Of a stretch of DNA of 64,000 bases, positions 13,001-26,200 are shown one piece after another. Position 1 is the first letter of the stretch, and every line of letters begins with the position of its first letter. A program made the translations under genes and the position numbers. The stretch lies in the NCBI GenBank assembly GCA_025786725.1, contig JAHLTZ010000061.1, forward strand, positions 11,090-75,089, read 5' to 3'. The notes under the pieces are model-generated. The model was not told the DNA's origin. It did not search any database and saw only the letters and a list, made by a program, of their open reading frames with translations. This DNA is from Syncephalis fuscata S228 (Eukaryota > Fungi > Zoopagomycota).

Positions 13001-15164
13001 TATTTATAGCGCAGGTATATTACTATTATGCTAACATCAGCTGTGTAGGTGTTTTGGTACTAAACTCTCTATCATGGGATCGTAGTGAAGTAGCCACTGT
13101 ACCAAGCTGTGGTCAATTGTCTGGTGATTTCCAAATTGCTGCCGATGGCAAGACTGCTTATGTCTTAGGTTAGTTTTAAAATCTATTGATATTACTAGTA
13201 TTATCATTAACAAAAGTACTTTATTTTGCACATTATAGCATCGGATATACCATCGATGGGTCATAGTGCTTTCACTCCCCAATTGAATGCCCAAATGACC
13301 GCTACAGGTAATTATTGCCTTATTATCGCTTTACAATAATCATTCATTAACATTAATGATCTAGTAACCTCGGTCAATGGCACATTCGTTATGGAGAATC
13401 CATATATCCGCGTCACTGTTGATAGTCGAGGTCATGTCATTAGTCTTTACGACAAGGAGGAAGAGTAAGTGTTTATAGTATAGCCATTACTATATATTAA
13501 TGACATTATTTGTTCTAGACGTGAGACTATTCCTGAAGGCTCTAAAGCGAATCAATTCCTTATCTATGAGGATCAGCCACTTTACTGGGATGGTAAGTGC
13601 TTTCCATACATGTATATAACTATTTTGACTAGTGTTTATTATGGTGACATGGTCTATCTATAATTGTTTATTCAGCCTGGGATGGTAAGTTACAGATTTA
13701 ACAATAATACAGATGGGCTCATACATACATTGTTAATAGTTGAAATCTACCATTTGGCCAAAGGTCGTGAGATCTCTTCCGGTACTGTTTCGGTAAGTAA
13801 TTGTTTGATAAACAGTTAAATCAACCTTTTCCCTAATTATATACTAGATCAACGAAGTCGGTCCACTGCGTGCATCGCTGCTAGTTGAATACAACATTAG
13901 TCCTACAAGCCGAGGCAAACAAGTTATTGTACTTAATGCCAACTCATCTCGTCTCGACTTTGAGAATGAAGTTGACTGGAATGAAAACCGTCAAATGCTT
14001 GTAAGTGATGAGCGGACATTAGCAGATTTAATGCTAAACTATTTATAAATAATAGAAAGTTGAATTCCCCGTTGATATCCACTCTGATTTTGTAAGTAGC
14101 ACTGCTTTTATTTAACTAGCAAATATTTAGCATTGATATTTTATTTTATAGGCAACATACGAAACACAATTTGGTTATATTCAACGCCCAACTCACTACA
14201 ACACTAGCTGGGACTATGCCAAGTTTGAAGTGTGTGTCCACAAGTTTGCCGATTTATCGGAACACGGCTATGGTGTCACTATCTTCAACGATAGCAAATA
14301 TGGTAAGCTATATTGTATGTATAGTTAAAACCTCTAATACTAACTATATCATTGCTCATCATTAAGGATTCTCGACCTTTGGTAATGTTATGCGTTTGAC
14401 GCTACTTAAGGCACCCAAGGCACCCGACAACCATTGTGATGTTGGTAAGTGTGATGATACTCAGTCTAATCCATTGAATACTTATGATACTATTTAAAGG
14501 TCATCACAAATTCCGATTTGCCATGTATCCACATCGTGGCACTTTCCACGAAACAAATATTGTTCGTGAAGCTCATCAATTTAATTCACCACTTATTGCA
14601 CGGTAAGTTAAATCTATTTCTATTATGCATTACATTTATTTAATTATCCGCTATTGCGATAGACCACATCCTAAGGCGCAAGTCGAATCGTTGGGCACAA
14701 AGGCTGGCGTACGCGTACACGGTGCACACAACGTAGTCCTTGAGACGGTTAAACGTGCCGAAGATTCCGACCATGTTATCGTTCGATTGCATGAGGCTTA
14801 CGGTGGCCATGGCGGTGTACGCATTGGATTGTAAGTCATATTAAGCTGAAATAGTCTCCTCTTCTATCATAATAGCAAACTAACTATTGGTAATACAGTG
14901 ACTTTCCAGTATCCTCTGTTCATTACTGTAACATTCTCGAAGATGATGGCGGTGCCGAAGTAAAATGCAACAAAGACACTGGCCACTATCACGTAAAATT
15001 AAATCCATTTGAAGTTGTTACGTTGAAACTAGCCGTCAAGTAAGTAACTTAATTGGCTTTGCTTTATTTGAAACTCATTTTTTATTATTTTTGCTTATTG
15101 GATAGCTAGTTCTGCCACCGTAAACAAGAGTGAAGACGATACAGATTGGGTGGTTGTGGACTAA
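10096..15164 (+). CDS. AMS1: GH38 alpha-mannosidase (Ams1/MAN2C1 type), many exons
   Basis: [105 protein letters not shown]. Ends at 15043 if the last intron is retained, at 15164 if spliced. Confidence 0.95.
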
Positions 15165-15310
15165 CTGCTATATTCAGTACAAGCAGCTATTTATGAAAGT
15201 CGTCTATTTATATATGTGTGTGTGCAGATGTGACTGTGAAACACAATAAAGGCTAGTTTTAGTGATTGACAGTTTTATTCAAAAATCAAAAAATAATAAC
15301 TACGCACTGA

Positions 15311-15337
15311 TGTGTGCGTGTGTGTGTGTGTGTGTGT
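15311..15337. repeat. (TG)n microsatellite upstream of NOP56
   Basis: tgtgtgcgtgtgtgtgtgtgtgtgtgt. Confidence 0.85.
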
Positions 15338-15474
15338 ATTTGTGTGGCTGTGATATTTTGTAGAATTTTTCTTTTTTTTCACTCAGCAAGTGGATTTTCA
15401 TCACTTGCACCATTTGACTTTTCTTCATCGATCCGATTACACGCGTCGAACGTCTTCTTTCTTACGTATTCGTC

Positions 15475-17258
15475 ATGGTAAGTATACTTGATTACTAACA
15501 AACAATGTCAATAGCCACGTCAGCTGCATTGTATTTATTAAATGACTGACACGGGAAAGGCATTAACATAAAGCGGATTGACATATGCTAATACTGGTCT
15601 GTATTATTCTTATAGGCCGCAACACACATTCTGTATGAGACGGCCTCAGGCTATGCTCTTTTCGAGCGCATACAATCAGAAGAGATTGGTCAAAAGCTCG
15701 ATGAAGTCCAAGCTCGCATTCAAGACCTTGGCAAATTTGGCAAAATGGTTGCCTTAAAATCGTTTATGCCATTTAAAAATGCAATGCATGCGTTAGAGAA
15801 CCAGAACGACGTTTCGGAAGGTAAATAGCACTGCTTTGCAGGATGAAATATAATTTGGCTAATCTATTTATCTTGTAATCACTATATTTATTGCTGCCAG
15901 GTGTATGCAACGATTCGTTAAAGGCATTTTTAGAATTAAATCTACCCAAATCATCGAAAAAAGCCAAGGTATGCTTGGGTGTAGATGAGAAGAATTTGGC
16001 TGGTGCCATCAAGCAGGAGCTGTCGATTGAGTGTGCATCAGATGAATTGGTTCACGAATTGGTTCGTGGTGTTCGTTTCCACGCCGAGAAAATGCTTGCA
16101 CAGCTTAAGGAAGGCGATTTGGACAAGGCCCAGCTTGGTCTAGGTCATAGCTACTCCCGCGCAAAGGTCAAGTTCAACGTCCACCGCGCCGATAACATGA
16201 TCATCCAGTCGATTGCTTTGATTGATCAGCTAGACAAGGATATTAATACGTTCTCTATGCGTATTCGGTAAGTTATACTATAAGTAATACTAGTTTATAG
16301 TCTAATTGGCAACTAGTGAATGGTACGGCTGGCACTTCCCTGAGCTTGTCAAGATTGTCAACGACAATGGACAATATGCCCGCTTGGCCAAGCTTATTAA
16401 AAACAAGTCTGAATTGACTGAGGATAATCTACCAGCCATTGAAGAAATTCTAGACCAGGATTCCGGCAAGGCTCAGCAAATTATCGATGCGGCCCGTGCA
16501 TCCATGGGCACAGATATTTCGGATATTGATATGATTAATATTCAAAACTTTGCCGATCGTGTTGTTGCACTTACTGACTACCGCAAACGTCTACACGGCT
16601 ACCTGCAGTCGCGTATGAGCCAAGTAGCACCTAACTTGGCTGCACTTATTGGTGAAATGGTTGGCGCACGTCTTATTTCACACGCCGGTTCTCTTACGAA
16701 TCTAGCCAAGTACCCCGCATCGACTGTGCAGATTCTCGGCGCTGAAAAGGCACTTTTCCGTGCATTAAAGACAAAGGGCAATACGCCAAAATACGGTCTA
16801 ATTTACCACTCTTCGTTTATTGGCAAGGCCGGTCAAAAGAACAAGGGCCGTGTTTCGCGTTTCTTGGCCAACAAATGCTCAATTGCATCACGTATTGACT
16901 GCTTCACTGGTAAGAGTGTATATTATTATAAATGATCACTAGCTAACCAACCATTGCTTTACTATAAATAGAAACACCAACAACAAAGTTTGGTGATGCT
17001 ATGAAGAAGCAAGTCGAGGACCGATTGGCATTCTACGAAACAGGTGCACCACCAAGCAAGAACGCCGACACGATGCAAGCAGTCATTGACGAACTACAGG
17101 CTGACCATGACGAACCAATGGATGATGTTAGCGAGGAAAAGCCAAAGAAGAAGTCGAAGAAGTCGAAGAAGACTGAAGCTGCGGACGAGGATATGGATGT
17201 TGATACCAAGGAAGATAAACCAAAGAAGAAAAAGAGCAAGAAGAGCAAGAAAGATTAG
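15475..17258 (+). CDS. NOP56: Box C/D snoRNP core protein Nop56
   Basis: ATG-only first exon, then [72 protein letters not shown], lysine-rich tail. Confidence 0.97.
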
Positions 17259-18085
17259 TTTACACTGAAAGTTAACGAGAATATTCCGAGCTGTTTAGTC
17301 TTTTATTGCGCCAATACAATCTTCTACCATTAATTGAATTAATTATCGTGCCAACTTGTGTTTTATTATTAATGTTTTATTAGTATTTGTTGTCTTATTA
17401 TTATATTTAAGCTATCGTTTTATCTTTTATAATGCGGTAAAATTGATATATTTCATGATAGACTAGGTACATTTTATCCTATACTTTAGCATACTTCATT
17501 TAATCCACTCATTCAGTCATGTACATAAGAACTTCAACTCCACCAATTATTCATTTATAATGTATAACCTAACGGATAGTCATGCATTACAGGCACAAAC
17601 AGGAGCTAGGAGAAATAAGAGGATATGCGAAGTGTAAGTAGATAGCCTTACAAAGAGTAGAACAGCTACACGAATACGTAGAAAAGGAAATAAAGATGTT
17701 AAAATAACGTAAAAGTAAGAGCAATATAGTCAATTAATACAATCCTATATCATTTTAAGCTTTATTAATGACAGTTTTCTTTTCTAGTTATTCGTATTTT
17801 GTAAATTTCAATTCGATTTATTACCATACACACATAAATACTGTACTTTTAACATGGATACCTATATACTCTTTTTGGTTATTCATTTAAATTTATAGTA
17901 TCCTATAGTCTAACAAATAAAAAAGCAAAAGACTTTTAGAATCCTAGTTTACTGCTACGTCTCCAGTATCAATAAAAAGTAAAAATAAAAAGCAAATTTA
18001 AACACACAATCTTTGTTGTATCATGCCTTCAACAACGATCATAAGATATTATGCTAAATAATCGTAATACATTATCATTTATTAA

Positions 18086-18691
18086 AATAACTATGCATTC
18101 CTTCCAAGCCACGTACCATGGCATTTGTGGTAAGTGGTTATTAATAACATGAGCTAATAGAAACAATGATAATGCTAACACTAAATGGTAGTCTGTACCA
18201 GCACTAAAACGTCCTAGCTTGGAAAAGAATGAAGCTGGCCGTTTTGTACTAAATGCACAAGACCGTGAATTGACACGGGACAAGATTCGTGCCATTCTTA
18301 ATATCGGCTTAAAACATGGTAATATACTATCAAATGCTGCAAACTATGACTACCTACTAATTAAACTAAATCAAACTAGGCCACGATGCAATTGTTCTTA
18401 GTGCATTAGGCTGCGGTGCTTATGGCAATCCACCAGCTGATGTTGCTGCCGCCTTCTACGATGTTATCACACGCGAATACTGTTTACCAGACGAAGACAT
18501 TCCTGCCTCAAATGCAACATGTGAAGCAGCAACCGATCCACGACGCCGTTCAAAGCCATGGCTTGGTTATCAGTATATTTCATTCGCTATATTTGACGAT
18601 AAGAATGCGTTTGGCAAACACAATCCAGATGGCAATCTTCTTCCATTTCAAAAACAGTTTAAACAATTCAACACTGAACAATGATCGGTGA
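18086..18691 (+). pseudogene. 5'-truncated inverted duplicate of the PARG 3' half (inverted repeat B, right copy)
   Basis: Same sequence as the reverse complement of 7860-8465, with no start codon or catalytic QEE exon. Confidence 0.93.
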
Positions 18692-19871
18692 CCAATAGAG
18701 TAAAGGACGAACAAAGCATTGTTCTTTATTGGACAATTACCATTGCTATTGCATTATCCGTGCATGACAATAGATTCAACGTATTCAATATCGAACAATA
18801 GTCATAAGTTTATAATAGTTTTTGGTAATAATCAAATCTTTGTACTTCAAACTATATTTTAATTATAAAACACATGATACTTTACAATATAAGCCATCTA
18901 AAAAATAGTTATTATGAGAATCACTTGTAAAAATTTAACTGAGCGTGGGCCGCAGGCGCCTTGACACTAAAGGAGTTGATAACAAAGTAATTTAAGGGCT
19001 TGAAGTATTTTATATAAGACTGTTCTAAAAATAGCACCTCCTTTTCCCTGTCCTTAACCATTTTTGTTATACTATTTAGAAATGTACTAATAACAATAAT
19101 AATAATAATAATGATTGTAATAATACACAACACGCGACACACAATAATAAATCCTAAAATGATGAATGGCTTATAATCTTATACTAGCTGTTAATACCGG
19201 TTTGAATAGAGCCAAGCCATTCCACATTGTTACTGCGCTCGTCTTTCAAGGGGGTAGCTATTGTTTTGACTCTCAGACCTTTGACATAACCTACTGCGGG
19301 GATTCGTTGGAACGGTCACATACAGCGCACACACATATGTCAAAGTCTAAAGCCTTTTTACATATCCAACTATTTGGCAGTCCCTCACCTTACACTTATA
19401 TTTTGGTACAACAATTACTAAGACTATTTTATTGGTACAAATACGCACATGCTGGCAGACTTTCTATCCTGTTAGGCTATATCCATTTGTCAAACTAGCT
19501 ACTGATACACGCACATGATTATCCTATTCTGGTTTGGCCTAGGCATGAACTATTTCACCATTCGGCATTGCCTATCTTACTATTTCCACTCAAGGTAGAG
19601 ACTACGTATAATAATAGTCGTGAAACACCAAGTGCCGCCTCATTTGCAAGTTTCTTTCTCTTTTTTTTTGAACAACAAACGTCTGCGACACTCCCAGTAG
19701 CACCTCCACCTTTACTGCGTCTTTGTCTAAAACGCTTAACTTGTCCTAATCATCGCTTTTAGTTGTCGTATTTTTGGTATATTACTTTTCTATACACGTA
19801 TTGGTGCCCTTTCTAGCTCAACACTTGGTTTATTTCCCTAATTATTTGATCGTGCGCAACTGTAGTTCACC

Positions 19872-21569
19872 ATGAAGTTGACGTCTACATTGCTATCTGG
19901 TCGCGAGAACGATCAGTACTATATGCTTGACCCGTCATCACCGACCAATGAGACATTCAGCGGCTATCCCGATATTCTTAATGGACAGGGCGCTTTTGGA
20001 GAATCTAGCAACGCTACTACTAAACCTATGGATGGTAAAAAACGCTGGACGAACTCCAATAAGCCAAAGGTTCGTGAGCAAGAGCGCGATCGTAAGCGCA
20101 CAAGCTGGCTAAGCATTCCTAAGTTTCGAAAGGCTAAAACGAACCGATCGGACATACAGACAGCCGACAACCTTAGTACGCATACAGAGGAATCTGACGA
20201 TAACCATAATAGTATTTACACTGGCGGACGGGCTAGCAGTTCGGATGGCCATAATGCAAATTACTTTGGTGTACCCAATTATCTGGCAGATACTTGTATT
20301 GAGGCTGGTCCATATATTCTTGATTTATCAACCAATTGGCAGGATGTATCGCCAGCCGTAAGCTCTAATGGCTTTGCCCGAGCTGTTCGCACACTAAGCC
20401 GTGTCCCTAATTCTGCTGGAAGATCAAATACATCATCTACGCCCGTGGCCGCCGATCCATGGGCTGTGTCGGAGCATGAAACAAGCATGGCCAGCGCTGA
20501 AAATGAACTACAAGCACGAGCAATTTTTATGGCCACTCGTGTTGTACAGACGTTTCCAGCAATCTATGAGCGAGTACGCGACACGAAAAAGACGGGCACG
20601 AGGCTTGATTCACCAATTGTCGTACCGGCTGAATCGGCTATTGCCCAACTTACTGAGCACATTGCTCTTGGTCTTTACACGGTATGGCCATGTATGCTTG
20701 AAGATCCAAACAATAGTATGGGACAAGCAGTAAGTCGTAGCATAGCACCCGCCCTACTTGATCATCTACGTCAATCGGTAGAAATGACACTGAGTCGCGG
20801 TGGTCTTTCGCTTAAAGTAGTGGCACAATTACCATTGCCACTGCATCCAATACCATCACCACCTGGTTCGGCCACTTCCGACTTGTTCTGCTGTTCATCA
20901 TCGACTGCATCATCGTCATCACTTCCACATACACCTACAAATCACTCTTTGATGTTAACAACGCCGACATCAGCATCGGCGTCAGCATCACCAGTTATCC
21001 GACCCACAACAATGTCACCCAAACCGGCAGCACACGAAGCTGAATATGCAGTTCGTGCAGCTCTACAACAAGTATTTGGCGAACATATTTCGTCAGCACG
21101 TAAATCACAATTGGTAGAACGGGCACGTAGCACACTTGAACGCTGTCTAGCCTCAGAGCGTAGATTATCCGCCATTGAGCGTAATAGTATGTATCGTTTT
21201 CAACGACTACAAAGTGCTATTGCCTGGGAAACCGTGCAGTGGCGATACTTGGTAGAGGAAAGCAAACCAGCATCGTCAGCCTCTTCTGCTCGTAGCCACG
21301 CCGAGCTATCAACCGGTAACTACTCTTGTACATCTACATCCATCTACGTAAAACCTTTAGCTGGTATGGGCAGAGCCACCGCCACAACTGGTGCACTTAT
21401 TACGATAGATGATTCATTACCGGCCAATGCCTTTCCCACCACACTAACACTGCCATTGTCATTGACTACAGCCGCCTTACCACCCATGACAACAACAACA
21501 ACAACAGCAGCAGCAGCAGCATCAAGATCAGCTTCATCATTATTTACAACAACGACAACACTGCATTAA
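19872..21569 (+). CDS. Intronless 565-aa hypothetical protein, S/T/A-rich
   Basis: Long open frame, caccATG start context, higher GC than flanks; no domain recognised. Confidence 0.7.
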   Translation: MKLTSTLLSGRENDQYYMLDPSSPTNETFSGYPDILNGQGAFGESSNATTKPMDGKKRWTNSNKPKVREQERDRKRTSWLSIPKFRKAKTNRSDIQTADNLSTHTEESDDNHNSIYTGGRASSSDGHNANYFGVPNYLADTCIEAGPYILDLSTNWQDVSPAVSSNGFARAVRTLSRVPNSAGRSNTSSTPVAADPWAVSEHETSMASAENELQARAIFMATRVVQTFPAIYERVRDTKKTGTRLDSPIVVPAESAIAQLTEHIALGLYTVWPCMLEDPNNSMGQAVSRSIAPALLDHLRQSVEMTLSRGGLSLKVVAQLPLPLHPIPSPPGSATSDLFCCSSSTASSSSLPHTPTNHSLMLTTPTSASASASPVIRPTTMSPKPAAHEAEYAVRAALQQVFGEHISSARKSQLVERARSTLERCLASERRLSAIERNSMYRFQRLQSAIAWETVQWRYLVEESKPASSASSARSHAELSTGNYSCTSTSIYVKPLAGMGRATATTGALITIDDSLPANAFPTTLTLPLSLTTAALPPMTTTTTTAAAAASRSASSLFTTTTTLH

Positions 21570-21876
21570 AAGTGTCATGTAATTAAGAACTAGTTTTATT
21601 ATTTAAATTAGAAATACGATTATTATTTGCGTTTTTAAACCGTTACTATTGCTATTATTGTTAGCACCACTCATCACCATCATTATATAAAACTAATTAA
21701 CGCCAATCTTTACAGCAATATCTATATTGATTGCGTATATTTCAACTACCATACAGTTATTGTATGAACACACTGCAGCATTAACCTATTCCATTTAGAT
21801 TTCAACAAATAAAAAGCATAAAATATAAATTTACAGTTTAAAACGTTCAAAATGTCCATTATTACTATTAATATAT

Positions 21877-22623
21877 TTATTTTAACACAATATTGGCTTT
21901 GCGCAATGACAATAACTCTTGAACACGATGTGGTGTTAATTCTTGAATTAATTCATAGACTTGAGCTGAATGATAACGTAGATTTGTTTTAGGTTCTGTA
22001 TATTTAGCCTAATATCAAATTAATGCCATTATTATTGAATATATTTAATATATTTAATGTTATTACCTCTAAACCAGTAATATCACAATACTTTTTACGT
22101 GGCTTTAATGAAGGTGGAGCAGTAATACGCTCGTCTATATTAATTCAATATTAATAACCATGTTGATATAATGTATATAGACAATGCGTATTTAATAATA
22201 GCAACTTACAATTGGGTTCATTAACCGGTCGATCCAATGCACGTTCGGCAGCTACTAATTGTCTTAATGCTTTTGCTTTCCGGGGTCGAAAGCTTGGATT
22301 CTTAAATGATCTATCCTATTCAATAGCCATATAATTAGTATTTAGTATATTTAACTAACATATTTAACATATTTAATATTTACTTGAAATGTTAAATCAA
22401 AGAAAGGATGTTGCTGTTCAAAAAGCGACGATTCATTGCCTGTAGCTCCTTCGCTTTCACTCATCGTAATCTATATATCATTAATATTATTAGTACTAAC
22501 TAGTCTCTTGTTCTATACTATAGCAATGGCTATTCATAACCTACATCAGCTGTATCTTCATAATCTTCCGTTTCATCATATGTAACGGTTCTTGTCACAG
22601 TAGCACTACGTCTTGTTGATGAC
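21877..22623 (-). CDS. IES6: INO80 complex subunit Ies6/INO80C (YL1 C-terminal domain); 5' end unresolved
   Basis: Spliced: SFKNPSFRPRKAKALRQLVAAER...YERITAPPSLKPRKKYCDITGLEAKYTEPKTNLRYHSAQVYELIQEL...LSLRKANIVLK*. Missed by the ORF track because exons are short. Confidence 0.88.
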
Positions 22624-23218
22624 CTTACAAGTGTATATTACAATATATTTACTATTAGTTGGTTATTCTAATAAATACAATACGCTGAATTACATGTTAT
22701 AAGATGCTATAGTTCAATCTAACAATAACCACTGAGTATTTGCCGTCCACCTTCTATACTTTAACTATATGTTAATAGTAGATCCTACAACTAAAGAAGA
22801 AGGGAAAAGAAAGAAGACAAATAGAGATTGGTAAGGTTACAACACTAATAGAATTGTATTAGTAAATCTAATAAATCTATTAAATTTGTCTATTTCAACT
22901 TAATACCGGTTTCAGCTTATTCAATAGTTCCCAACTCATTATCGTTTATTTGAACAAGCTCTTTCTCTCTTTTCTTCTTTAGTTATAGTATCTACTACTG
23001 CTGCTATCATTGTACTAGAAGACTACTTTCAGATCAGTGTATTCGGTACGGCTTACTTGTAACAATTCCACCTGGTGGCTATTTATTACACTGTTAAGTA
23101 ATAATTCAAGTTAAAGGTATTTATTATACAGCCATATACTATGGATGAAGATGATGATCTAGTAGATCTATATAATAAACGCTCAATACTAATATAACAA
23201 CAACAACTAGCTGTACCA

Positions 23219-26200
23219 ATGTCGGATGAAGATAAAACAGTTGTCTTGATGGCGCGGGAAGCAATCATGGACGACGAAGATGAGTTTGATCGTGAAGAAG
23301 CCGAAGAAGATACAGTAACTAAAAAAAAGCCATCCAAAGAGGCAGAGGAAGACGAAGAGGATGAAGACGAAGATGCTGAATTTGACTCTGAAGATGAAGA
23401 TGCTCTAGACCGTGAACTTGAACAAGATCATGATGATTTTATAGTCGATGACGATGAAGAGGAAGAAGAGGCCAATGTAGTACGTCATCGTCGACATCGA
23501 CGTCATCGACACCGTCGTCATAGAGCAGATTCAGGAGATGAAGATGAAGATAACAATGAACATAGTGAAACAGAACAAGATAATAAGAAGCGGCGCAATA
23601 ATAAGTTAAAGAAGATCAACGATGACGATGAAGAGGATGAAGAAGTTAATAGTGACAATAGTCAAGATGAAGTCAATAATTCAAGTGATAATGAACATGA
23701 ACGACGACGACATCGTAAATTAAAGCGTCGTAAAAAGCATTACATTCAAGAAGGTAAATATTATATTATGTTAATTTATTAATTTAATTTATTAATTTAA
23801 TTTATTAACTCATTTTGTAATATTTTCTATTTATAGATGAAGATTTGGATGATGAAGATTTGGAATTGATTAATGAAAATCTTGGATTAAAGACTGAAAC
23901 ATCAGATGTAAATATAACAATATATATATATATATATAGTATTAATAACTAATAATATTTATAGAGTCATTTAAGAAGAATTAAAAAAGGTCGACGTGAT
24001 CGACAAGAAGAACGTCCACGACAACGTCAAGTAGATTTAGATACGCTATTTGAAGATCAGAATGGTGGAAATGGAGGCATTGATGAACATGATGAACATG
24101 ATGAACATGACATGAATAACCGTAATGATCATCATAGACATCGAGGATTTGCCGATGAATTAGATGACTTTATTCAAGATGATACTGATGAAGATAATGA
24201 TGGCCGTGAAAATGATACACGTGCGATGCATCATCGTGATAGAGGTGCCAGTCAATATGAAGATAATGAAGGCGATAATGAGACAGCAGAAGGCAGAGAG
24301 GCCAATAGACGATCCAGACCACGTACAGGTGGATATGGAGATGCAGTCGATGATATGGCAGATGTATTTGGACATGATTATGAATGGGCTCTTGATGAAG
24401 ATGACGAAGAAGGTGGACAAGGATATGATAATGATCTACAGAAAGATGGTTACGATGAAGAGGTAAATAGATATAGATATAAATGTGTTATTATATAATA
24501 TATAATATATTAATATATAATATAGGATTATTACGAATCAGGTGGATTATCTTCTCAAAGAGGTCGTCGTCGTCGTCGTACACAATTAAAGGATGTATTC
24601 GAACCAAGTGAACTTGAAACACGTATGATGACTGAAGAAGATGACGAAATTAGACTACGAGATGTACCCGAACGATTACAGGTCAGTCAGTATAGTATAG
24701 TATAGTATACATATTAATTATAACATATCTATTTATATCATTAGATGTTGCGCGGTGATGAAGTGGGCCGGCCATTATCTGATGCTGAATTGGCAGCTGA
24801 GACGTTGTTTATTACAAGCCGTATGAGAGAAAGCTTTCCTCGCGATTTATCAACTAGTGCGGCGAGTGAAATGGTCAAGTCAGCACTTGTATTTATTAAT
24901 CGTGATAACCTTGAAGTGTTGTATATTGATCGTTATAAGAGAGACTACTTTGAACAACAGCCTAATGCTTCATCTTCATCTGAAGGTGGATTGAATCAAA
25001 GTCATTTATGGCGCATATTGGATCTTGATACGCAATGGCGTCAATTAAGACGACGACGTGATCAGTTGAAGGCTATGTTGGCCCGTCTTGATACACCTGA
25101 TCTATACGCAGAAGATTTGTATCAACGATCAATGGAAACATCAGAAGATGTATTTGATATGCTAGACTATGTACGGGCCAGACATGGTAATGAATTGGCT
25201 GAGAAGCGATTGAGCAATAAAGGCGAAGAGTCTAATAAGGCGAAGCAACAACGGGCAGCCAGTGGCAATGTATGGAAACGGGCCATGAACACACCGATCA
25301 TGGCTTTAGTAGCTGAACTGGGCATTCAATCGCGTCAATTTGCCGATAATTATGAAGATGGCGCTAAACGGCATCATGCCGATGATCCAACGGATGATCC
25401 AACAACGGTGGCACAACGCTACGTATGCTCCATGTTTCCACAAGCTGAATTTGCATTAAAAGCGGCCAAAGAAATACTGGCCCGTCAAATTGCCGTCGAT
25501 CCAACGGTGCGCCATTCATTACGGCGTCGATTTGAACATGACGCCATAGTTAATGTGCGTCCCACCGAGAAGGGCCGTAATGCGATTGATGAAACACATG
25601 CGTGGTATCCATTTAAATACTTACGGGCCAAACCATTGCGCCGATTTGAAGATGCGCAGTTCTTGGAAGTGTTACAAGCCGAGCGTAGTGGGCTGTTGAC
25701 CATTGAATTATACTGCCGGATGCCGAACGGCATATGAATCACTGTATTGAGCTATTTATTAGCGATAACGTTAGTGAAACAGCCGATAAATGGAATACAC
25801 TTCGACGAGATATTCTAAAACAGGCCTTTGATAAACTACTACTACCGGCCATGGCCAAATGGGCCCGTGATTGGCTACGTGGTAAATCAGAAGAGTATAT
25901 CACGACTCAAGTAAACAATGCACTATCTCAGGTAATAACATGTGTATAGTATGTGTATTTACGTTTATTTTAATCAATGTGTTGGTATTTGTATTAGAAA
26001 TTTGGATGTGCACCCAAGTGGATTAAAGATACCCGAGGTCGAGAGGATAGATTGGCCCGTGTATTGGCCGTTAGCTGGGGCCATGGTGATATTAAACGCG
26101 ATCCTATTCATATGGCATTTGTTGATGAACGGGGCCGATTACTTGCCTCGGCTAATTATGCCGACTTGCGTCAAGATGAATTCCAACGAGAATTTATGGA

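Noticed and set aside
18086-18691. A second functional PARG gene
   Set aside because: Lacks the start, the catalytic QEE exon and an upstream in-frame exon; it is a fragment.
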